DNA from: Malacoraja senta
Lineage: Eukaryota
Assembly: GCA_038087875.1 (NCBI GenBank)
Contig: CM075987.1
Coordinates: 16,990,001-17,054,000, forward strand
DNA: 64,000 nt
Direction of reading: 5' to 3'
Below are positions 51,100 to 61,400 of the stretch, one piece after another; the stretch's first letter is position 1, and the number at the start of each line of letters is the position of its first letter. The position numbers and the translations under genes were made by a program. The notes beneath the pieces were generated by a model that made no database searches, had not been told where the DNA came from, and saw only the letters and a list, made by a program, of their open reading frames with translations.

Positions 51100-52009
51100 A
51101 GAATGGAGTTGAAAGGGAAAGATCGGTCAGCTATGATTGAATGGTGAAGTAGACTCAATGGGCCGAATGGCTTAATTCTGCCTCTATGACTTATGAATAT
51201 GTAATTGTATCGGCCTCAACACGTTTTTTTGGCAGCTTGTTCCATATATGCATCATCCTCTGATAAATTTGCCCCTCGGATTCCTGTTAAATCTCTCATC
51301 TCAAACCTTTTTTTAGACTCGCCCACCCTGGGAAAAAGACTGGCTATTCACCTTATCTATTCCCTTTATGATTTTATAAATCTCTATAAGGTCAATATGT
51401 TCCAAGGAAAAGAGACCCAGCCGATCCAGCCACTCTTCATAACTTAAAGAATATGTGCTGGGCAAGTTCATCTGATCATGTGATAGGAGCAGAATTATGC
51501 CATTTGGCCCATCAAGTCTACTCTGTCATTCAATCATGGTTGATCTATCTCTCCCTCCTAACACCATTCTCCTGCCTTCTCCTCGTAACCTGTGACACCC
51601 ACACTAAACAAGAATCTATCTATATCTGCCTTAAATATAGGGCTCTTATAAATAGCTGAGTCTGGGGATATGGGGAGAAGGCAGGAACGGGGTACTGATT
51701 GGGGATGATCAGCCATGATCACATTGAATGGCAGTGCTGGCTCAAAGGGCTGAATGGCCTACTACTGCACCTATTGTCTATTGACTTGGCCTTCACAGCC
51801 TTCTGTGGCAAATAATTCTACAGATTCACCACCCTCTGACTAAAGAAATTTCTCCTCATATCCGTCCTAAAAGAAAGTCCTTTAATTCTGTCACTATGAA
51901 CTCTAGTCCTCGACTCTCCCACTGGTTTTTACACAGAGGGTGATGAGTGCCTCAAACACGCTGAGTTATACGGAGTAGAACTCAACAGGGCGACAGTAAA
52001 ACTAGTACA

Positions 52010-52560
52010 ATGACTGGGGTGGCGGAGGGATGGAGAGAGGGAAAGCAAGGGTTACTTAAAGTTGGAGAAATCAATGTTCACACCGCTGGGGTGGAAGCTG
52101 CCCAAGCAATATATGAGGTGGTGTTCCTCCAATATGCGTGTGGCCTCACTCTGACAACGGAGGAGGCCCACGACAGAAGGGTCCGTGTGGGAAGTGGTTG
52201 ACAAATGGGAGATCACATAGGCCGAGGCAGACTGAGCGAAGGTGTTCAGCAAAACGATGGCTGAGTCTGCGCTCAACTAGGGTCGAGACTAGGGTCATTG
52301 TATTAGTTTCACTGTCGTCTTGTTGAGTTTTACTGTCCGTACAACATGTTATCACCTGACCCATAACCAACAATGGGCCATTGTAGAGTTCACCTTTCCC
52401 TGATTTATGTTGCTTTCCATTTATTTGTCCCCCTTTCCCCTGACTCGGTCTGAAGAAGGGTCTCGACCCAAAACGTCACCTACTCCTTTTCTCCAGAGAT
52501 GCTGCCTGACCCAGCTCTTTGTGTCTTTCTTCAGTTTAAACCAGCATCTACAGTTCCTGG
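52010..52560. mobile_element. Penelope-like remnants incl. terminal repeat with hammerhead-like motif (52447-52480, +)
   Basis: RRLSHRFAEHLRSV (-); ggt ctgaaga agggtctcgaccc aaaa cgtc acc. Confidence 0.7.
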
Positions 52561-53049
52561 CTACACTACACTGACAAATGAAGATAAACGTGCCATACAG
52601 CTTCTTCACCACCCTATCTAATTGTATTGCTATTTTCATGGAATGATGTATCTGTACCCCAACACTCCCCAGGGCCCTACCATATACAAGAAGAGGGCAA
52701 TGGGAACGTAGGAGGTAACGATCACTTGAAATAGGAAAACAACATTCATTACATTGCATTGTGGATGAACTCAGCAAAAATAGTTTAATTTATTGTCACG
52801 TGTACCCAGGTTAAGGTGTCAATGGGTCCAACTCGTCATATTCCGTGCTGTTTCGCTGTACGACTCTGAAAATATTTGCAGAAGTGTGGGGTAACAGATG
52901 AAAAGGCAACTGATAACTTATCTGAAGAGCAAACACAGGCACAGCAAGTCAAATGGCTTGTCTTGTTCTGTGTACTGCTATCATTCTATGAGAGCCTATT
53001 AATGTCTATTAACCCTAGCCTGTAATACTTTTTCCCTTTACAATAACAG

Positions 53050-53094
53050 GCATTAAAGGAAATCCAATCAGTATAACATCCAGATGCGCACCAG
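53050..53094 (+). CDS. Host gene 2 internal 45-nt exon
   Basis: Acceptor tttttccctttacaataacag, donor CAG/gtaaga; only the phase-1 frame is open, (G)IKGNPISITSRCAP, matching the phase of the 41065 donor. Confidence 0.7.
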
Positions 53095-53645
53095 GTAAGA
53101 CAACACACCAATTCAACTTTTGGCCATGTAAAACACAGTTTATTGTCACCGCACCGAGGTACAGTGAGAAGCTTTTGTTGCGTGCTATCCAGTCAGCAGA
53201 AAGACAATACATGATTACAATCGAGCCATTTACAGTGTATGGATACATGATAAGGTTTTGTTTCTGCTGAAAAGACTGACGGCAGAGGGAGATGAGGCAT
53301 CTTGCAGCAAGTTAGAATCTGCTTTTTAAAATAAAAAAAGTTTTTGAAAATCAGCGGGAACAAGTTACAGTTGCTTTTTCAGAGTTGCTAATTGTGGAGG
53401 CGGGATATTAGCGTGCAGCAGGCGTCCGATAGGCCTAGCTAGAAAGTGTTTGGAGCAAATAAAAGGGAAGCATGTACCAGCGGAGCGGCCATGTTGAGGG
53501 GGAGCGGCCATGTTGAGGGGAGCGGCCATGTTGAGGGGAGCGACCATATGTAGGATACGTGCATCTTGAGGCTTTGGTGGATACAGTCATCTGGACCAGA
53601 TGGACTGCACCCTAGGGTTCTGAAAGAGGCAGCATCAGAGATTGT

Positions 53646-54513
53646 CGGTGGGGGCGCTGCGAGACGGCTGTCCTGCCAGCAGCGTGTTCGTCATTTCTAC
53701 TTTTTTTGTTTTTTTTAGTGTGTCCAAATGTGTGTTTTAATGTCTATTGGTGTGTCTTGTGTGGGGGGTGGTGAGGGGGGGTTAAGGGGGGAATTGCTTT
53801 CGGTCGCCTCCTCCACGGAGAGGCGACTTTTTGCATGTCGTCTCCCTCGTGGCCTAACACCATGGATTGAAGCGGCCTTACCCGCAGTCGGGCCCGGAGT
53901 TTCAGCAGAAGGGACTGCTACAGCCTGAAGCCACGGTCTGTGGAGCCTCTAGCCGCAGGCACGGCGTCCGGAGCATGAGACCCCTCGCTAGGGATCTCCG
54001 GAGAAGAGCTCCGGCCGCCAGCCCGCGGGCCGATAACATCCTGAAGCCGCAGTATGCGGAGCTTCTAGCCGTGGGCGTGGCGTGGACAATATCTGGAGCC
54101 TGATGTTCCCTCGCCAGGGAAAGCCGCAGCGGAGCTCCGACTGCCGGCCTGCGGCCTACAACATCCTGAAGCCGCGGCCTCCGGTAGGAAAGCGCCGATT
54201 CGGGACCTCCAAGTCGCGGAGTGTGTTGGACCGTCCCGACGTCGGAGTTTCAACCATCCCGACGAGAGGGCCTGTATATCAGGCCATCCGTAGCAGCGAC
54301 TACAGACGGTTTATGGCCCCGACCACGGGTCAACAATGGAGGAGGACTGACTGTACTTTGTGCCTTCCGCCACAGTGAAGAATGCTGTGGTGGATGTTTG
54401 TGTTAAATATTATTGTGTATTGTGTGTTCTTTTTGATTGTATCGCTGCTGGCAAATTCATTTCACTGCACTTATATGTGTATGTGATGAATAAAACTGAT
54501 TGATTGATTGATT
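53646..54513 (+). mobile_element. Non-coding GC-rich retroposon with (GATT)n tail and 8-bp TSD, inserted in a CR1
   Basis: GAGATTGT at 53638-53645 and 54514-54521; aataaa then tgattgattgattg; internal duplicated gagctccg...acatcctgaagccgc. Confidence 0.75.
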
Positions 54514-54724
54514 GAGATTGTGGTGGCATTAGTAGTGATATTTCAGGAATGACGAGTCAGGAGTGGTTTCTGACAATTGGAAAATTGCCAATATTACCCC
54601 GCTGCACAAGAGGGGAGCGAAGCAGAATAATGGAAACTATATTATGAATATTATATAACTATAAACTATGTATGTTAATGATTTGGATAAGGGGATTGAA
54701 GGCTTTGTGGCCAAGCTTGCAGAT

Positions 54725-55233
54725 GAGGAAAGACATTCTTGCCATAGAGGGAGTACAGAGAAGGTTCACCAGACTGATTCCTGGGATGTCAGGAACTTTC
54801 ATATGAAGAAAGACTGGATAGACTCGGCTTGTACTCACTAGAATTTAGAAGATTGAGGGGGGATCTTATAGAAACGTACAAAATTCTTAAGGGGTTGGAC
54901 AGCTAGATGCAGGAAGATTGTTCCCGGTGTTGGGGAAGTCCAGGACAAGGGGTCACAGTTTAAGGATAAAGGGGAAAGATGAGAAGAACATTTTTCACAC
55001 AGAGAGTGGTGAATCTCTGGAACTCTCTGCCACAGAAGGTAGTTGAGGCCAGTTCATTGGCTATATTTAAGAGGGAGTTAGATGTGACCCTTGTGTCTAA
55101 AGGGGTCAGGGGGTATGGAGAGAAGGCAGGTGCAGGATACTGAGTTGGATGATCAGCCATGATCATATTGAATGGCGGTGCAGGCTCGAAGGGCCGAATG
55201 GCCTACTCCTGCACCTTTTTTCTATGTTTCTAT
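54725..55233 (+). mobile_element. CR1 3' copy
   Basis: Same subfamily as 10114-11090; tttctatg tail. Confidence 0.88.
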
Positions 55234-55828
55234 GATGCTAAGATAGGTGGAGAGGCATGCAGTGTAGAGGAAGCAAGGACTCTATAAGGGGCAGATAAGG
55301 GGCAGATGAAATTCAGTGTAGCAATGAGTCATGCATTTTGGTCATAAGAATCAGGACTGCCAACATTGGGTGAGAGTTGAGAGTGAGAAATTGCGAGGGA
55401 GCGTAGCGACCGAGGAGGGGTGCGTGTCCCCCCCCCCACCCCCCTCCTACGGAAGGGAGCTTTTGCATTTTTCAGCTTGAAATTGTGCAATCTGATGCAT
55501 ACTGTAGCGAGTCTTTTAACTTACACTTGAATGCAACATTTATGCTTTAGATTGGATTAGGTATGAATAAGGTTAGGCGAAATTCCTAATTACATTCCAC
55601 AGTAGAGCCAGGCTCTGATCAACAGGTGCAGCACATGAATGACCTTAGCATATTCATGTATGGAAATCAGATTATAATTCATGCTGTTATGTATGTGTGT
55701 GTGTGTATATATGTCATAGGGTAAGGTTGATTAATTTATTTGTGCAGAACAGTGATGGAAGTCCGACTCCTCTTGCCTTGCCTCTATGTTTTTTCCCCCT
55801 ATATATATATATTATATATATATATATA

Positions 55829-58390
55829 CTAGACCAAGTGCAGACCCGTTGGGTCTGTTTCCCCAACGTGCGTTTGCGGGGGGGTGGGGGCTGTGGCGTC
55901 ACACTAACCACCCACCCTTTGGGTTTGTTCCTCCAAAGCACGTTTGCGGGGTGGGAATCTGGCACCCACAAACACGCACACTCATCACACCCCTTGATAT
56001 TATCTTAATTGTTTAATTGGCTTCTTTTATCCCATCTCCACCCTATCCACTGACGAATAGCCCTCACCTCTCAGGTGCGTCTCGAGGGGGTGGGGGGGGG
56101 GGGGCAGAGAGAAAATGTAATGTCAGAAAAAAAAAATTGTGAGGAAGGGGGAGATGAAGGGGGGGGAGAGAGGAGAGGAAGGAGAGGATGGGGAGAGAGG
56201 TGAAGGGGGGTTTGGAGCGGGCATGCATGAGTCGAGCCGCGGGCTGTGAAGAGAGAAGGGCAGAGAGAGAGACAGAGAGACTGGTACACAAAAAAAAGCT
56301 GGAGAAACTCAGCGGGTGCAGCAGCATCTATGGAGCGAAGGAAATAGGCAACGCTTTGGGCCGAAACCCATCTTCAGACAGTTTTAGGCCCGAAACGTTG
56401 CCTATTTCCTTCGATCCATAGATGCTGCTGCACCCGCTGAGTTTATCCAGCTTTTTTTTTGTGTACCTTTGATTTTCCAGCATCTGCAGTTCCTTCTTAA
56501 AGACAGAGAGACTGTTGGCGGGCTGTTACCCCAATGCGCGTTTGTGGGGGGGGGGGCTGCGGCATCACACTCACACTAACCACCCCCCAAACACACAGGC
56601 GGGGGGAGGGGGGAGCAGGAGATGGGGTGGGGAGAGAAGAGGGGAGGGGGGAGAGGGAGATGGGGTGGGGAGAGAAAAGGGAGGGGAGAGGGGGAGGAGG
56701 AAAGGGGAGAGATTGGGGAGCGAGAGGAGAGCAGGGTGGGGGAGGGGGAGGGGGAGGGGGAGGGTGGGGAGTGGGAGGAGAGCGGGGTGGGCAGGAAGGG
56801 GGAGAGGGTGAGAGAGGGGGGAGGGGATGAGGGGAAGGGGAGAGGATTAGGGGGGAGAGGGAGAGAGGGAGAGAGGTGGGGAGGGAGAGAGGTGGGGAGG
56901 GAGAGAGGTGGGGAGGGAGAGAGGTGGGGAGGGAGAGGTGGGGAGGGAGAGCGGAGGAGGGAGAGGGGTGAGGAGAGAGTGGGAAGAGTGTGGATGGAGG
57001 GGGCGAGCGGAGAGGGGAAGATTGAGGAGGGAGAGGGAAGGGAGGGGAGGATAGGGGGAGAGAGCGGTGGGGGAGGGAGATGGGGAGGGATGGGGGGAGA
57101 TAAGTGGAAGAATACGGAGGGAGGGGAAGAGGTGGTGGGAGAGAGGGAGGGTGTGGGGGTAGGGGGGAGGTTGGGGAAGAGGGAGAGAGGGTAGGCGAAG
57201 GGGTAGGGGAAGGGAGTGGGGGAGAGGGTGGGGGAAGGGAGGAGAGAAGTGGAAGAGTGGGGAGGGAGGGGGAGAGTGGAGGGGGAGTGGTGGAAGAGGG
57301 ACAGAGGGGTAGGGGGAAGGGGTGGGGTAGAGATGGAAGGGGGTGGGGTAGAGAGGGAAAGGGGTGGGGGAGAGGGGGTGGGGGAGAGGGGTGGGAGGAG
57401 GAGGGGGAGGAGAGGAGATGGAGAGGAGGAGAGAGGGGAGGGGGATAGAGGGGAGGGGGATAGAGGGGAGGGGGAGAGAGGGGAGGGGGAGAGAGGGGAG
57501 GGGGAGAGAGGGGAGGGGAGAGAGGGGAGGGGGGAGGGAGGCGAGGAGGGAGATGGGTTAGGGGATAGAGTGGGAAGAGTGTGGATGGAGGGGGAAGAGT
57601 GGGGAGGGGGAAGGGGGTGGGGGAAGGGGGTGGGGGAGAGAGGGAAGGAGTGGGGGAGGGAAGGGGGTGGGAGTGGGAAGGGGGGTGGGGCAGAGAGGAA
57701 AGGGGGTGGCGGAGGGAAGGGGGAGAGGGAATGGGTGTGGGGGAGAGAGGGATGGGGGTGGGAGGAGGAGGTGGAGAAGAGGGAGAGGGAGATGGAGAGG
57801 GGGAGGAGAGAGGGAGGGGGAGAGAAGTGTGGGGGGGCAGGGAGGGGAGGAGGGAGATAGGGTAGGTCAGGGAGGGGAAGAGTGTGGAGGGAGTGGGGTG
57901 GGGTGGGGGGGAGAGAGGGGAAATAGTGGGAGGGAGAGTGGAAGGGGGAGGGGTAGGGACAGTCCATCTGTTTCCCCCTTCCCTATCACCCCCACTCCAC
58001 TTTCTCTATTCCCACACACAAGAAGACGCGCTTCGACACAGGTTGCGGGGGTGGGGGGGAGGGGCTGGGGCTACTGCAAAGGCATATGTAAATGGATCCA
58101 TTCCGATTGGTTCATCTGTGAGCATTGGGCATTGTGACATCACACGACGGAACCTTCACTAACGTTCTATGGCTGAGAGCTGTTTTTTTTAAACATTTTG
58201 AAATTTTGTGGGAGAAGGATTTTATTAAAAACGTGTACATAAACACGACGGAATTTAATCAGGAGTGGCTACTCGTAAAGAAAAGTGAAATCTCTACCGA
58301 AATGGAAAAAATCTCGGCGTTTCTGCGTGCGGTGATAGTGTAGCGAGCAATCAAAGGCTGCTGGCTGCACAAGTCAAGCAGACACACATG

Positions 58391-58487
<97 letters not shown>

Positions 58488-58498
58488 CTAAATATAGA
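55829..58498 (-). mobile_element. Non-autonomous Helitron A
   Basis: 3' CTAG 55829-55832 next to target T in (TA)n; hairpin CAGACCC-3nt-GGGTCTG 55841-55857; 5' TC at 58498-58497; (CA)n at about 58395-58485; 1.35-kb G/A tract. Confidence 0.8.
56284..56500. mobile_element. Fold-back mini-element of two inverted Penelope termini, 14-bp TSD
   Basis: AGACAGAGAGACTG at 56270-56283 and 56501-56514; arms about 56284-56362 and 56386-56467. Confidence 0.88.
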
Positions 58499-61400
58499 CT
58501 AGACCAAGTGCAGACCCGTTGGGTCTGTTCCTCCCAAAGCACGGTTGCGCGGTTGGAATCTTGCACCCACAAACACACACACTCATCACACCCCTTGATA
58601 TTATCTTAATTTTATTAATTGGCTTCTTTTATCCCATCTCCACCCTATCCACTGACGAATAGCCCTCACCTCTCAGGTGCGTCTAGAGGGGGGGGGGCAG
58701 AGAGAGTGTGCACAGACAGAGTGGAAGAGAGAGGGCAGAGAAAAAGATAAAGATCAAAGAGAGAGCAGAGAGATAGCGGATGACAGGCGCTGCAAGTGGA
58801 AAAGTGATTTATTAAATCTTAAAATGTAAATAACTTAAAATACAACAATGTTTAAAGGGGTAGATTTGTTTTTTTCTTCTCCAGTTGTGCCTCTACTACT
58901 CATATTTCTTCTTGGTCTCTCCTCTTTCTCCCTCCACACTCTTCCCCCTCCCTCCACACTCTTCCCCCTCCCTCCCCTACCCCATCTCCCTAATTCCCTC
59001 CCCCTCTCTCCCCCTCCCCATCCAAGGGGTGGGGGGAGAGAGGGAAGAGAGAGGGATTAGTGAGAAGGAGGGAGAGGGGTGGGGTAAGGGGGATAGAAGT
59101 CGAAGAGTGGGGAGGGAGGGGTAGGAGGAGTGGTGGATGAGGGACAGAGGGGATGGGGAAGGGGGCGGGGGGAGAGAGGGAAGGGCACGAGAGGAGAGAG
59201 GGATGGGGGAGGGAGTGATCGGGGAGGGAGGGGATTAGGGAGATGGGGCAGGGGAGGGAGGGGGAAGAGTCTGGAGGGAGAGAGAAGGGGGTGCGGGTGG
59301 GAGGAGGAGAGGGAGATGGAGAGGGGGAGGAGAGAGGGGTGGAGGAGGGGGAGAGAGGTCTGGTGGAGGGGGAGAGAGGTGTGGTGGAGGGAGGGAGGGA
59401 GAAGAGTGTGGAGGGAGGGGGAGAGGGGTGGGTGGAGAGAGTGGAAAGAGTGGGGAGGGAGAGTGGGAGGGGGGGAGAGGTGGAAGAGTGGGAGGGAGGG
59501 TGGTAGGAGGAGTGGTGGAAGAGGGACATAGGGGTAGGGGAAGGGGTGTGGGAGAGAGGGGAGGGAGGGGAAGGAGGGGGAGAGAGGGGGGAGGGAGGGG
59601 AAGGGAGGGGAGAGAGGGGGGAGGGAGAGGGGTGGGGTAAGGTGGGGTAAGGGGGGTGGAGAGAAGTGGAAGAGTGGGGACGGAGGGGTAGGGGGAGTGG
59701 TGGAAGAGGGACAGAGGAATAGGGGGAAGGGGGTGGGGTAGAGAGGGAAGGGGGTGAGGGAGAGAGGGGTGGGTGGGAGGGGAGGGAGAGGGGTGAGGAG
59801 GGAGATGGAGAGGGGGAGGAGAGAGGAGGAGAGAGGGGAGGGGGAGAGAGTTGTGGGGGGGCGAGGAGGGAGATGGGGTAGGGGGTAGAGGGGGAAGAGT
59901 GTGGATGGAGGGGAGAGGGAAGGGGTGGGGGAGAGGGAAGGGGGTAGGGGAGGGAAGGGAAGGGGAGAGAGGGAAGGGGGGTGGGGAGAGGGGATGGGGT
60001 GGGAGGGAGAGGGTGAGGAGAGAGCGATGGGGGAGGGGGACAGAGGTGTGGGGAGGGGGAGGTCGGGAGGAGGGAGGGGGTTGGGGGAGATGGGGTAGGG
60101 GAGAGAGTGGGAAGGGAGAGGGGTGGGGGGAGAGGGGAAATAGTGGGGAGGGAGAGTGGAAGGGGCAGGGGGAAGGGAGGGGAGAGAGGTGGGGTAAGGG
60201 GAGAGAGTGGAAGAGTGGCGAGGGAGGGGTGGACGGGGGTGGGTGGAGGGACAGAGGAAGGGGCGGGGGAGAGGGAAGGGGCGGGAGAGAGAGGGATGGG
60301 GAGGGGAGAGAGGAGGGGGGAGAGAGGTGTGGGGGAGGGAGGTGTGGGGGGGGAGGGAGGTGGGGACATGGGAGGTAGGGGAGAGTGAGGGAGGGGAGAG
60401 TGTGCAGGGAGGGAGGAAAAGTGTGGAGGGGAGAAGGGGGGTGAGGAGGGGAGATGGAGAGGGGTGGGGAGAGAGGGAGTGGGGGCGGGAGGAGAGAGGG
60501 ATGGGGGAGGGGGAGGGAGATGGGGTAGGGAGTGTAGATCAGTGCATCTTCCTTTAACTTAGTGACCTCCACTCTAACCACTCCCCATTGTCTCTCGTAT
60601 CATTGTAAGGTCCCCACCTCCAGCTCGCTCTCTAGCTCCAGTGATGACCACGGACAGCTCATTGCATAGTGTGTGTTAGTGATTAATAAACCATCAGTAA
60701 AAGACTCTGTGTAGGAACCAAGTCATTTTACATGGTGTCACAGTGGTAGACTCGCGTCTCCTGTTTATCGGTTTTTCTTTTTATTCTTTGCTTTCTCCCA
60801 GTTGTTCACGTCCCCCCCCCCGTTTTCATTATGTCCAATTCCTGTCGTCGACCCGACATATTGTCTTTGACACGGACATTGTCCACCGCTAGACTGTGTT
60901 CCAGCGCGACTTTGAACATTACACAGCCATCGCTCATCCTAAGGCTCACCTGCTGCTCAACCCTCGCTGGCCCGGAGGCATGGATCACTATGCTTCATTC
61001 GACTTCGCCCCCGGAGAAGACCGTCGGGGACCCGGTAAGTCTCATGGCTAAATTCACTGCCCTCTGTGATATCCCTACCAATAACATTATTGAACGCTTT
61101 AAATTCTTCCAGAGGCGGCAGAACCCCGGCGAGCATATTGACCCTTTTATTGCCTCTTTGCGTCATATGGCTCGGCGCTGTCGCCTTGAAACAATCTCCA
61201 CGGACGAATTGATCAGGGATATCCTGGTCAATGGTCTCCTGAACGCTAAGCTGCGTGACGAGCACCTTATGAAACCTGATTTGACACTAAGGGTGGCTAT
61301 GCATGCCGCTCGTATGACCTCTGCTGTTAGCTCCGTGTCTCAACCGGTGTTCCAGGACATTATCTTTACCGGTGCAGCTGGCCGCCGGCGGAACGCTGGT

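Noticed and set aside
53480..53548. ~20-bp tandem ggagcggccatgttgaggg as a regulatory array
   Set aside because: Resembles CR1 5' UTR repeats and is directly followed by CR1 sequence
56515..60581. Long Pro/Ser/Leu-rich and Gly/Glu/Arg-rich ORFs
   Set aside because: Translation of low-complexity G/A tracts
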